Origin: Lingula anatina | Lineage: Eukaryota > Animalia > Brachiopoda | Length of the DNA stretch: 64,000 nucleotides | Assembly (NCBI GenBank): GCA_051362555.1 | Contig: CM120643.1 | Location: 15,288,644-15,352,643 of the forward strand | Direction of reading: 5' to 3' | Part shown: in pieces, positions 1 through 13,900 of the stretch | Layout: each line of letters starts with the position of its first letter | How positions within the stretch are numbered: position 1 is the first letter of the stretch | Translations under genes and position numbers: made by a program | The notes under the pieces: model-generated | Seen by the model: only the letters and a program-made list of their open reading frames with translations | The model's database searches: none | What the model was told of the DNA's origin: nothing

Positions 1-3000
1 AACCCTTGAAGTTTGGGCCGCAATACGCGCTGTGCATATTCTTCAGTGCGTGGGCGAACGCGTACACGGCGTCGTGTACAAAGTGTAAGTCCAACTGCTG
101 CGTGTAGCCTGGGTGAAAAGAACTTAAAAATGAAATTTCAGATAAGAATGAAAATTAATCTGGCGACAGAATGTATAATTAAAGAAGATAGACACTAAAA
201 GACGTGATCTTCATGATCCAGGACTTGGCTAAGGGGGTGGGGGGTGGGGGGTGGATGAGAGGAACATTTTGCGTGGCTACACTTGGAAAATATGAAATAG
301 GACATGTAAACGTCAACAATTTACTGTAATACGTATGTAAGGCAAGAGAAATGGAAAATTACTAAAATTATTAATGTATCATTTGGGGGAGAGGGGAGTG
401 GAGAAGGGGGGGGGGGTTGGGTCGCCATTGCTGCTATACCTGATGATAGGTCTATCTTTTCACTCCCTGTGCATTCTTGTCTCGTTTCATTCAGTACATC
501 ATCGATGGGGTAGCCACCATAATTGCAATTAAAATGATCGGCCCAGAATTCAGAAAACCACGGGTTTCTCTTGTTGTTTCCAGGGTTCAAACTAAATTAA
601 ATTTAAAAAATGCAATCACAATTCACACGACGAAGTTTTTGTGAAAAGGACTTTCATAACATTTACTGAGCGTATATAAGATAAGGGACCTTGGAATCTT
701 CTTTCATCAAAACACGATTTGAATGGAGACACTTCGTTTATTTGGATTTGAAACAAGATACTTTTTGTTATTTAGCGTTAATTTTTTTCTGGGCACTATC
801 AAGACTCCGAGAAAGAGAGAAGCCGTACTTGGTAAAGTAGTCATCAAATCCAGGTAATATAGCCGCCATCGGTTGTGTGGCGATTGCATTCTCCGCCACG
901 TGTTCCAGTCCCTCTACCACACTCTGGCTGGCGCTCCAGGCATCGGTGCCTATCCAGATCAGTTTGGTGAGACTTTCGCGTTTCTTACTCATCATGGCGT
1001 CCACGGCCTCGAAAAGAGGTCTGACCTGTGCAGTGTACAGGTAGAGAACTACCACTGGAACGATGACATGAAGTCGAATGCCATTAGAATTAATGCCATT
1101 AGAATTAATAACAACAGCTAGACTTATTAATTAAGCACGTAACAATGAGCATTTGTTCCAAAGAATGTTCCCTTCAGGTAAAATTTTATCTAGATACATG
1201 GTAAAAGGGTCCACTTTTTCAGAAAAAAGCTCCCCCCTCCCTTTTGAAATTGCTGGCTACGGACCTGCCATTATACCGGGTACTTCTAAGCAAGAAGTTG
1301 TAAAGAGACTTGTTGTTCTTATTCTGCGGTATTCGCCTTCTATTAAACCGTATTATTATACAACATTGGTCAAAAAGGTTGTCCCACCCCTAATTCCATG
1401 TACTTTTATTTACAAACGATCATCTCACAGGTGTAAATTGTCTTAAACAGTGATTTTTATTCCAGATAACATATCTGACATTATTAATGTTTAAGAAAAT
1501 ACAAAATAGTGCTGAAAATATCCATATTTTATACCATTTATTCAAATTTATAACACGTACCCCCTCAAATCCGACGTTTCACTGTGATTTTCACAGAGGG
1601 TAAAGAAATGTCCATTAAATTGAAATGACACAATCATCATGGAAAACATGGAAAAGGTCTAGGACGTTTCAGATCGCTGACGGTGCGCGCGCGCCATCTG
1701 GTGTTAAGTCCGCGAATGACCGTTTGCGGTAACTGATTGTCGAGTTGCTGTAACTGATTGTTGAGTTGCGGTAACCGACTTTTGAATCGTTTATTGATTG
1801 TTAGATTTTGACGAATGATTAAAATGACCAAAACTAATTTAGTAGAATTAAGTTTAGATAGTTAAAGTAGGTTTTGACTGTTAAATAGTGCCGATAGATT
1901 GTTGAATTAACGTCTGCATTTTTTGTGTGAATGGCGTTCCATAGATATCTTAACTGCTAGTTTGTATTTTCTGTACCAATAATCATGTTAGTAATGATAT
2001 GATGTGATCATTTATAAATAAAAGCACGTGAAACTGGGGGTGGGACAACCTTTTAGACCAATGTTGTATATTAAGGATGTAGATAACAGGGGTAGCTATC
2101 TTCTAAACCGACCAAGATATACCAACATGTTACATATCAATAGAAAGCTTATTTCAACTGCTTTTCATTTCATATCCTTATTTTATTATGTAATTGTTAC
2201 GTAATGAGATATAATGCATATATTATATATCTCGGTATTCACAGAAGGGCCCTTGCTTTTAAACTAGCTTCTTGCGTCTGGTGCTCCTGTAGCTGATCCA
2301 TTATACTTTCACCCTGCCATGGTCACAGGCTAATTTTTCACTAGATAATCACAGATAATTATTTGGCTTATCTATAACACACATTTCTACTGGAGCAAAG
2401 TGTACGTAATTATATTCTGCGGCCCCGGTAGGGGTGCACTGTGCCATTCTTGTACCCATTCCTTCACCTGTCACAAATTTATTAATTACTCTTATCCACA
2501 AAGGCCTGTATTAATACTTGCCTCTCGCATCCTGTTTTTCAAGCAACTCCTCGACCAACATTTTGTAATAGTCAATCCCCAAATTTGCGTCCTCCACCAC
2601 ACGACGCAGGGCAAAGCATATCCCGGCATCCTCTGCTCTCTTCTCAAGCTCACTGAATCCCCCCCGTCCGTAGTGGTTGTCTAAGTAGAGCGCTGATATG
2701 AACGTCCATTTATTATGTCTGCAAACGAAAAATAAAATAAAATAAAATAAAATAAAATAAAAGACCACGGAAAAGAGTCGTTTTCAGTATGTTTTAACAC
2801 TCTGTGCTTCATGGAAACGGCAATTGAAATAGTAGATGGTTTCTTTTTATATTTTAAGTACACGTACGTCAGAAGCTCCACAATCGCTCGCGCCTGGTTG
2901 GCGTCAGATGGCACAGTTCGCTGGAAATATGGGAATCTCTTCTTGTCGCTAAGGTCGGGGCTGCTGGAAGCGTAGCTGATCTGTAAAGGATTCAATAATC

Positions 3001-3701
3001 GAATGACCAAAAATGTAAAAGGAATTTCACATTATCTTATAGAAATTCGCCAAGTTTTAAGCCTCTAAAGCTGAATATCAATTTCATATTCACACACGAT
3101 GTGAAAAGAGGAAAACAGGAAGAGCTTTAAGCAGACAAAGAAGAAAGGGAAGGCGAATTCCGTTGCTCAATACCTGTGGCACTTTGAATAACTGCAGCAA
3201 ATTAGCCACATATATAGACACTGTACTTGATGACCCTCCTACCACCCCGACCATCTTGTGGAAGTCCACTGGGCCCGGCACAAGCTCGGGTTTGGTCCCG
3301 TCTTGGCACGTGTACGACAGTCCGTCGTCGTCTGGTCCGCTTATTCGAGACACCAAGCTTTGGACAAAGTCCGCGAGCTGTTCCAGTACGTAAGCGGTAT
3401 TGCCGCACCTGTCCAGGGAGACGGCCCCCAAACGGAACCCAGGGAGGAATGAGTTATTGTTGATTTTGTCTACTGTGTACATCAAGGCTTCCAAAGGCTG
3501 TATTCCGGCACCTTCCCTTATTCGACCGCATTTTTGTTGTGTAGAACCCTGGTTGCTGGCAGCGTGGTGAATGGGGAATATTCCACCAAGCAGAATGGTA
3601 CCATTGATTATTGCGTATTGGTTTGCCTCACCTAACACAGTATGTTTAAACAGCACGTGGTGGGTCAGAATTATAACCGCAAGGATGAAAGGCTTTAGCA
3701 T
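1..3701 (-). CDS. Class C GPCR, metabotropic glutamate receptor-like (Venus flytrap domain exons only; gene continues beyond position 1)
   Basis: Phase-consistent exons 3701-3174, 2980-2868, 2718-2522, 1054-829, 591-440, 108-<1. Signal peptide followed by mGluR motifs [100 protein letters not shown]. Confidence 0.95.
1361..2066 (-). mobile_element. Non-autonomous Tc1/mariner element in the third coding intron of the mGluR-like gene
   Basis: 30-bp TIRs CAACATTGGTC(A/T)AAAAGGTTGTCCCACCCC flanked by TA on both sides (1359-1360, 2067-2068). 1361-1636 is the reverse complement of the 3' end of the transposase-bearing remnant at 45458-45733. Confidence 0.85.
2728..2762. repeat. (AAAAT)n microsatellite forming the polypyrimidine tract of an mGluR-like acceptor
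   Basis: About 7 AAAAT units just upstream (minus strand) of the AG at 2719-2720. Confidence 0.9.
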
Positions 3702-6700
3702 ACTTCCTGAAGTTGGTACGACACGTTTAACTAAATAACTAATAAGTACATTTCATGCCCTATCATAGGAATAACATTTTACGGGCGGTTTTCAATTTTT
3801 GTTGGGAAAACATGCATTACAGTCCAATCTTCCATTGCAATCCCATTCATTTCCGGATGTTTGTTCTGGCTATATCATTTGCTTCCCATCTGTTAACGCA
3901 TCAGGCGTAGGGGCTGCTGGTTGCCACTATATGGCCAATTCTGCAAAGGAGAAAAGTAATAAGCTTGATAAATTATTTACAGCAATAATCGTAAAAAGTA
4001 TTATCGCGTGGAGGGCTTCCAGTGAGTTTTAAATTGGCTTACTCGCACTCGGGATTTTAGATGTATACGTACTTGTACATGTAAGATCCAAGATAGGACG
4101 TACCAGTGCCTGCGATGATCTCTCAGAGAGAAAGTGAAAAAGAGATTAGATGACATTCTGTACAGGAGCCAGTCAATAAACCCAATCCAATCAAATCTGT
4201 CCTTTTTCTAGTTCGCGATAGTCTTTATTTGAAGCGTAGGCACGTTACAGCATTCTGATGTGGTGTTATTTACTGGGAGTTGACCTAAACTTATAGATTA
4301 TGCCGAGAGAAGAGAGCTTTCAAAGGACAATTTTAATAAAAACTCTCAAGGCGCTATCGGCTATTCGTCAGCAATGATAATAATACAATGATAACATTTA
4401 TTTGCAACCAAAAGTTGGATGGTACATTTATGATACTAAAAAAAGTCATTCTAAGAAAAACATTAGAAACTAAAATATTTTGTAAAATAAAACGGTATTA
4501 GAATTAATTTTTTGGATGTATTTGGTAAAATCATAAAATTACATAAAAGTTGACAATGGTCAGGGAATAAAAGTCCTTGAGGATCTCACTGTTCTCAGTT
4601 TTGGCACTCTAAATATCTGGGGACTTCGTAGCTTATGATTTTTTTCTATAATTGCCACACGTGATGATTTGCTCTACCTTTGTTTCTGCCTTTGTTCTTT
4701 TTTTGCAACTCCACCAATTATTATCCCCGCCTCAAAGGAAGCGCACCTCGCACCTGGAGAATGTGCCTTATTAAGCATGTGGTAACACTGGCAACTAGTG
4801 ATGCAAATGACGAGACATCTTTTGACGCTTTATTAGCCCTATACAAAAGTATCCCCAGGCTTTGTTCAGGGACTCTTTTCATCATTTGCCAGTGGTTTTT
4901 TCTCCTCTGATAGTTTATTTTATCAACCTGGCTCTAGAAACAATACGAACCATTATCCAAAGATTCACCCTGATTTATGCCAAACTTATGTAGTTAAACT
5001 AAATGGAACGAAGACTGGAGACCTGGTAGAGGGCTATTCTGGCTATTAAAGAAGCACGGTACATTATGTGGTGCCTCTTTTGAACTGGCTACACATATTC
5101 TTTTTTGAGGCTCTGACCCCCCTCTTAGATGACTGTCTGTTGCAAGACAGTTTGTCCTGTTATACATGTATTACATGTATTACGCAGAGAGATTCCCTAT
5201 TAGCAACAAAAACGCCACACGATTAAATATGTGTGGTCAAAGCCAAGGGAAGAGAATCATAATCGCGATTTCCAGCGTAGAAGACCAGCACCTTATCTCA
5301 GAATTTATCGAAACCATTAACCCTGAAATATATTTCATTGGTAAAATCTGAAAAGAGTAATTCACTTATAAATTAACAAAGGCTGTTGTGCCTCTGGTAA
5401 TTTTTCATGAAAAAAAAATTCTAAAGAAGTCTTTTAGTTAAGGAACTCGACCATACCTGACTGCAATATCTCGGGTGAGAAAGTAGGCTGGAGTTTCAAG
5501 TTAATTTTTTTAAATTTTACCCACGTCACCCAAGCTAGAATATAAAACCAACTGGAGAGGCTCAGTTTTGTGTCCCGTTGGGAAATCCATCCACTTATAT
5601 AATTACTATTAACGGTAATTGGTTTCGAAGTGAAGCGTGCACCATCGTTCCCTGACGGCTTCACCTCTAAAGAATTATTTGATGAATAGCGATTTTTTTA
5701 TTTATGAATCAGTTTTGTATGCCTATTCATACTTAAATGTGGTCCTGTGCCACATTATCTGTATTTTCCAGAACATAGTCTGCCAAGCGACTAGTATTTT
5801 CTAATTTAGACCTTAAAACCGATAAAACCCCTCAATTAAAAACACCTGCTGTTAATATTTCCTTCCGAAAATTTACCGGAAGACACTGGCCATTTATCGA
5901 ACAACTGAATCCAAACATAGGGGTGGGTAAAGCAATGATACGTGCGTAAGAAGGTGACAATATTTTTTCCGAGAAAAATTCGATTTGTCGGGAACATCTT
6001 GGATATGACACCTTTAGCTATGTAAGAATTGCACTTACCTAAGTTCAGCAAGCGTTCTATTCAGAGTAATGTTCGCTTACCTGTCCCGATGCAAGTTGTT
6101 GGCGCTTATGCCAAATTAAAAAATAGTGCTACGCTTGTCTCTATGTCGTATCATATAAAGGAATGTCTTTTTTCAATTTTATCCTTTACCATACAGTTTT
6201 AACTTTTTCCAAATTTTTATGTTATTTCAATAAAATTCTGATTAAGAACATTTTATGCATTCAATGCAGTCATGTCTTAGAATAAATGGAAATAGGTCTT
6301 TTACTTCCTTCCTTTATATATATATTCAATTTAGTGTATATTTTGGAATAATTTACTTGAAGTTCAGAATCTTTTTGAACGGTCCTATGACTTCCTATAT
6401 TGTCTTGAATTTTAAAACACCTTATACACAAAATTCCTATATACTAAAAGCAGAAATAAGTCTTACCATTTTAACAGTAAGACATTCCTCACAACAAATC
6501 CATCATGGTGATCTTTATGATAATGCTACATTTACATAAACACATAATTTTGCCCAATTATCTTTGAAAGGATTATTCAATTTCACAAAGTGCACAGCAA
6601 TCGTTCAATATTCGAGTTCTGCTTATTTGTCCATTTCAAAACTTTAGCCTAAAACACATTTGCAGTATCTCTCAGCGATACCTTAATTTTACAGGAGTAT

Positions 6701-7968
6701 GCTTGTATAAGTCTGCAAGCAGCCATGCACGTGAACAGATTTAAAATGACCATTTATAACTTCTTGTCATCCATGTCACTGCCATTCAAGCAGTCATTCT
6801 GGAAAACCTTTAGTGTCATTTTTTGACAAAACGAATGCTTTTATCCAAATAAAATCTAAATTATTTAATGGGAAGCAGACGATCGTTTTATACAGTAGGT
6901 AATGTAAAACGCCTACCTCGAGCGTCACAAGCCGTATGTATAAGCTAATAGCATCGCAACAAATAACATGTAATGAGCTACGCTAAATGAGAAAGTAATG
7001 ACAGCCAAGATAATTAGAGTGGTTTTGCTTTGTTTCTTTTTCTATTTTTTGATCTTTCAATTAATTATGTAAGATGCAGCCATCTCCAAATTTATATCTC
7101 CAAATTTCTCTGAAAATTACACTACTTCTAGAATGAAAATCTTAACAGTGTGATTGCTTAAATATGTCCACTATATATCCACAATATGCCATCTACTTTT
7201 TGAATTTTCTGTCAATTAAAAAGGAGCAAATTTACAAATTCTACCACGCAAAGTGAGCAAAGTGTTTAAGCTTTTAAAGGTGTTCACAAAATGCTGGAAA
7301 AGTGTGGGTTGTAATAATATTGTATCCTTAAGTGTTCTTGTTAGCAACTCATAACTTTAGACCACTATATTTGTATACTCATTTTATATCCAGAATTTGC
7401 ACGATAAAAACATGAGATATTTCAGAAAAAAAGTATGTCACGTAAAACGTATTTTTAACAATTTTATTTCACATGGGAACACTTGAACACAGGAATGAAT
7501 AACCATGTGTCAGAATGGATCAGTCGACTTCCCTGTCCGTAGCTCACTGTAATATGTTGGGCAGTGTTCTTTAGGCTGGTTCTAATATGACTTTATGTGC
7601 AAAAGCAATGTGCTGCCGAAAAAGTTGCCATGTTTTGAAAACATTTGGCAGAATATTTTGAAACTTTGCATGTAGCGGAATTTATGGCGCGTGAACTGAA
7701 TATGTCACGAAACAGATAGAGATTAAAGAAATGACGTCTCAGTGGATAGATTAATTTTTAAAAAATCGACTCACACATTTAAGAAAAAAAAAGGTTTTGG
7801 AAAAAACCATTCAAATTTCAAGGCCACGAACTATCGTAATACATCTGAAACATGGTTATTGCCTTCTAGGTAATTGTTTTATTTACAACGTTTATCATTC
7901 TTGTTAATATTATGTCAAATGTAGTAACGAGTCAATAAATGTATGATTTCGTACTCAATAACCATCAA

Positions 7969-7969
<1 letters not shown>

Positions 7970-8002
<33 letters not shown>
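7970..8002. repeat. (TTA)n microsatellite
   Basis: Direct reading. Confidence 0.9.
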
Positions 8003-8004
<2 letters not shown>

Positions 8005-10168
8005 CCAACTGCCAGATAATCCAGTCGAGGTTCACGGTGTTCCAATAATAATTTGATTACTTACCGGCAATTTCATGCGATGGCATTTACTTCTGGCCGC
8101 AGTTACCGCTTGACCTGTGAGAAGACAGGGGTCGTTAGTCCAGAGTCCCTTAAGAAGGAAGCACTGTGTGTGGTGGGGTTCAAACACTGGAACACGTTTA
8201 GTGTTTTTCTTGTCCTATGACAAGTTGTGCCCGCGCGGAAAACTCTACGTTATATTTCAGTGACGCCCTATTTATATCAGCAAAACGTCCTACTCCACGT
8301 GTTGGCTTATTACTTCTATCCCTTGACGAATTAGTGTCAAGCAAGCGCCAAAAGCCCCGCCCCTCTCTCGTTTTTCATGAATAATTATAGTCGAGTAGTA
8401 ACTCCCATGCCTCTGATACACAAACATTGACATCATTGAAAGCTTTTATTTCTCGATTTTTTTATTCGGGTTCTAAAGTACATATAGCTTGGATACCTTT
8501 TGGTTCTAATCTTGGGAAATTGTAAATATTTTTTTCAAAATGACCGCCATTACCCAAAGAATAATCCACAGCACAAGTCTAAAAGGTACGATTACAGAAG
8601 TCAAAATGATATTTAATAACATAAGACAATGAAGCACGTAAGATGTCACAAATGTAACCATTTAATCACTCGATTAAACAAACTATCAACTTAGCTATTT
8701 GATTTTATTGATACTATTTGGTAAGCTGAGAAAAAAAAAAAAGTTAATAAGACCCAGTCTGACAGCAAATATTCAAGTCTAAAATTCAACATATTACCAC
8801 TGAAAAAACTCCTAGATCCACCATTATCCTTGTGTCTTTATAACCACAAAGATTTATGATATTTATTTCAGGAATTTTTTCCCCAAAATTCAATGCAACT
8901 TAACAGAGAGACACTTATCGCAAGGAAGAAAAAGACTTTCACGCTTTTGCGGCATTTTGAAAAAAATAAAGGAAGTCGTATATGAAATAATTTTCAACAT
9001 TAAAGCAACAAATGACAACCAAATAAATAACATACGATAAAACGTTCCACATTCTATGATTGTGCATTTTTCGAAACTTAAAGTTTGCTTTTAAAATGGG
9101 CATACTCACCTCACGGATTAAACACTTGATCAATTATTTGGATTCAGATTGCAATTCTAATTTTGCTTTATCAACGATAAAATCTGAACTAAGGCTTTTA
9201 AGAAAAATCGCTGGCAGGGTTTTGGAGAACTAAATAGTGTCATTAGATTGGCATTAGTGAGAGATAAAACAAGAAAATCAAAGCAAACAGATGAATGATA
9301 TGCCATTTATTATAAAAGAAAAGAAAATTGGCAAGAAACAGACGAGGGTCAGATTCGCAAGTTACCGTGTATGTATAAAAGTAAGAAAATAAAGGCAGAG
9401 ACAAATACATTTCAATTCAATAGGTTTATGCTCTAAGCAATAACAAATGTTAAATATAAAAAGAAACTGTAGCAATTAAGGTGGCACATGAAACAGGATC
9501 ATGAAAATGAAAAAGTTTAGCCGACACTCCAACCAACAGAAAAAAAATTCCCGAACACAAAAAACTCTTCTAAAAATGGAAGAAAAACTTGGAAAAAATG
9601 AGAAAGAACAGGTGATTAAATCAAAGCTTAAACTTATCTATTTAGTTGAGAATGGGAATAACTTTTCTTTCTTTCAAAATTTCAACTCTGCATCTAATTT
9701 TCATAATCAAACACATTTTCGATTTTGCACTGGTCTGTTATTTTGGAATGCCAAATCCACACATACATACAATGGCAGTATACACAAAGATATCATTTCA
9801 AAGAATTGCCTTAAGAAAAATAAACCATGTGATAGAATAAAATGCATTTAGTGTAATTCTTTATTTATTTAATTTTTAGAAAAATATAAATATGCATTTT
9901 AGTAACTTGGATAAGAAATGCCAATTTTAGAAAATTATCACAAGTATAAATAGCTAAAGTCAAGTGTCTTTCTTGCATGAAAAGTGATTAACACAAGCAT
10001 TTGTCTACTGCTTGTTTAGACTAGACCATGGCACAGATTATTTAAACTACACTTAACCAAAAACTGAATACAATAATTTATTGATTTCCTTCTCCTGTAT
10101 CAATATGTAATGATTTTATAAAAGGAATAAGGCTTTTATCACAGACCAGTGTACCTTGATACTTGGAG

Positions 10169-10170
<2 letters not shown>

Positions 10171-10202
<32 letters not shown>
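10171..10202. repeat. (GT)n microsatellite
   Basis: Direct reading. Confidence 0.9.
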
Positions 10203-10205
<3 letters not shown>

Positions 10206-10339
10206 TAAATCCCCTCTACATTTGGATTTAAAAACAACATGTTTGGGACTTGGGTCAAGCAACTGCAATATTGTTCTTGGTAAATGTACTGGCATCTTGT
10301 GTATACTAGGTTTCTAATACCAGGGTAGTGTCTATTTTC

Positions 10340-10540
10340 ATCACCATGTCACTTGTATACTGGCCACGGTTTCACCAAAAAAAAAACAAAAAAACTTAAG
10401 TCAGGTTCCCTGGCTAAGGACTTAATTACCAAGGTTACATGGTCACATCTAATTATATCATATAATACATATCAGGAGCAGTGTTACAGCACCCTCATGG
10501 AAATCCTAGTCAACTAAGCTGGGGAACTGACTTAAGTTCT
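10340..10540. mobile_element. Degraded MITE-like inverted repeat (possibly Harbinger-type) downstream of the KDSR stop
   Basis: CTG-GCCACGGTTTCACCAAA...ACTTAAGTCAGGTTCCC paired with GGGAACTGACTTAAGT. The right terminus is not clear. Confidence 0.45.
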
Positions 10541-10906
10541 CAGGGTGGTGTTTGGATTTAACCAAAGATCATAGCACCAAGATCACACCGGGATTTCCTT
10601 CGTGTTTGGCAAATGTGAAAAGCGAGTAGTACTCTTTGAAGACAATACACTACCACAGGTATCAAGGTGTGCATTTTGATTCAGCCAGTTGTTTCGATAT
10701 TATACAAAGAATTGAAATTGAACTTCATGATGGATGCTAACATTCAGTAAGTGGGCATGACAACAGTACCATTGGGCTCAGTTTCACGATGGAATAGTCT
10801 TTGGAATAGAAGCAAAATGTCAGAGCTCATACCACCTACTGTAAATGTCCAGTGTGGGATTTTCAAAAGAATATGTCCATTCTTTCCAGACACCAAGACA
10901 GGTTGA

Positions 10907-13900
10907 CTATTGTTCCTTGGGTTTGACAATGGTCACTTTGTGCACTTTACACCTGTGGACCACACGGTCAAAGCTGTCCAGGTAGAAAAGAGAGATGATC
11001 CTGAACAGCCCCATGGTCACCACCTAAAGAGATACATTAAGTCTTTTCAATTAACTGAGCAGAAAGACATGTAGCACATTAATAAAGATTTCTGGGTGCA
11101 ACACAACAAAATCTACCCAATTTTCGAATATCTGCATTGTTATAGTGATGGCTTGGATTTATCGAATTGATCAAGAGGTCACATTTTACAAAAAAGAAAT
11201 ATTAAATATTGCACTTGAATTTACTAATCAAGAATTTACATTTCACAAGGAATAAATATGACTTATTGTACTGGGCCCAGTTTTATAAACACTGGATAGC
11301 GCTGTCCTCTAGATAACACTACCCATTAGATAAAATTGTTATCCTCTGGTCAGTTATCCTGTGGGTAAAGTAATGTTTCCTAAATGCTACATACTTATTT
11401 TTGTTTCTGATGTTACTTTCTAGTGGTTAAAAATGGCTGCTTTCTTCATGACAACTGTCCATAGGATAACAATTTGATACAGTGGAGAGTGTTATCCATA
11501 GGATAGCACTATCCAGTGATGATGAAACTGAGCCCTGGCTCACTGATAAAGTACTCTTTACACTGGACGGCATCCTCTCTGAGTCCAGTAGTACGGCCCT
11601 ATCTGAGCCTAAAAATAAATTATATTTTACGTGCTGACAACTGGTCGATCATTGAGCATTCATTTTGCAGCCAAAGAGATGTTTGTGCCTCCTTTCTGCG
11701 ACCACAGGGATGCCAGTTTCATGGTCGCACAAAGGACGCAGAAAGGACGCTGTCCAGTGTAATGGGGGTATAAAATACAGTACCTGCTGAGTGGCCTCCA
11801 TGAGGGAGGTGACAGGGGACATGCCACATGTCAGGTTAGTCAGGAGGAACCCATCCACTCCCACAGAACACAAGAACTTCCCCTTCTAAAATAATACAAA
11901 TAGAAGGTGTGATTTTTTTTTCAGAAAATTAAAGCAAATGGGGGTGTTTCTTGACAGTAAACTGTATGGGTTCTAAAGAGGAACAGCTGAACACAGAAAA
12001 AGAAATTTAAAAATTAGTTTTATGTACCAATTACTTAAGACAGGCTATGGTATCATTAAAATACTTCAGGGTCATTTTGCACTTACAACTGAATCTTCTA
12101 AGATACTATTTGCCACTTTCTCTGGACAGAACAACCCTGCAACTTCTGATATCAACCTTGTTTCTTCTGGCTATGAAAAAAGAAGAGAATCTCAGAGATA
12201 CAGGTAAGGTACTGTATATAAATCTTAATGCACAGTACATACATAAATCTATTCTTTCACACATTATTCTGTACTGCAGTTTTTTGTCTCTTTATCAGCC
12301 AATTTCATCCACAAAGACTGGCTGAAAGGCAGGAGGTAAAAACCAAAAGATTTTAGTGTTAAGTAGGTGAACTACTGGTGTCTAAATAAACCAGCATTTA
12401 CAACTTTCATCAAGCAGATGGGAGCAGAAAATCCTGAATAAAGAAAATAATTCTCTCCTCAAATGATTCTTTAATTTTAATTAAAATGATTTTATCTGAA
12501 ATATTCTTCGGGTATTTTGATAAATTCTAATTCTAATTCTAAAACAATTTTAAGTATTTAGTCATAACTGTCAAGGGTGTTTACCTTAGTTTTGTTTTCC
12601 TCAGCATAGCCAGGTGTGTCTGTATCTGGAGGGAAGGCCAGGGTTATGTAAATGTTGTATGGTTTGACCTGGAAAACAAATAATTTCAGATCAATATCCT
12701 TTCAATGGTGACAATGCAAGGAGATAGCTGAATATCATTACAAAAAGCTATCTCTGGGAAGTGGACATCTACATCTGAAAACATGGGAAATTTGTGTATA
12801 ATCAAAAACAGTACGAAAACCATTCAATTCACGTACTTGCATCACTTCTGATGTATTCATACTGGAAAAAAAAATGAAACTAACATTGCACAAATTGAAT
12901 GCCATTTCACATGGATGAGACCAGTCCTCACTGAAAAAGTAGGAAAATTGGCTGGGGGTCAAGGGTACACGGTTAAAAATTCGGAATTCTGACAAAAGTC
13001 GGAAAAGTCTCATCAGTGATTTCATATAATAGAGTAAGTTTATGTGCCTTGGTGTCTGCATGCATTGAATAGAGGGCACACAATTGGCATTAGACCTGTA
13101 CACAGCAGAAGTTTCATTTCCCTGGAAATTTCAACACTTCTTCCTTAATCATCAAGGTTCTCTGTTGTCCAAAACCATTCACAAAATTACAAGCCATAGA
13201 CCCTTTTTTTTTTTTTTTTTTTTTTGAGTTCTAAGTCTAGTCACAGGGTCAGTCTTTAGAGATTGGTGACTTTCACTCTGGATGGTCAAAGTTTTGACAT
13301 TAAGAACCCAGCATTGTTTCATAGGAATATTCATAGATCAAATTTTCTCAACAGTTTTAGATAGGGTACACCAGGTTGGTGATAAAGATAACATTTCTGA
13401 AATTTTCAGGAAGTTTACATTTTTATCTGAGCATAAATATGGAGTAATAGATGGAAGTAAACCCAAAAATGCAATGATGTCGCAGATCTTCAACTGAAAC
13501 CTATAACCTTATATTACGATTATTATGAAAAATCCCTGAAAAAAGATGATCTGTAGGATGATCTGGGTTCATTTTAGTAAGTATGTTTCATAATTTTAAA
13601 AAATAAAAATAAAAAATAAAATTAATGAATTTTAACTTTATTCAAAAACACATACACTCTAAAAATATAGAATAAATTGAGCGTTTAAAATTAGAGAATG
13701 ATTACCTTACCTCCATTTGCAGAGCTTCTGCAAGCCCCCTGAGTGCAAACTTAGAGGCAGAGTAAGATGTATATCCATACAGCCCCAGCTGCCCAGCCAT
13801 GGAAGACACGTAGACTATACGTCCATTTTGCCTCTCTTTCATATTCTTTATCACAGCACGAGTGGCATAGACACTGCCATGGTAATTCAGGTCCATGGTT

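Noticed and set aside
9501-9851. Lys-rich 116-aa ORF and similar short ORFs (15717..16148, 12738..13103, 47064..47602, 50393..50602)
   Set aside because: Low-complexity, A-rich, microsatellite or intronic sequence with no recognisable motifs or splice support.
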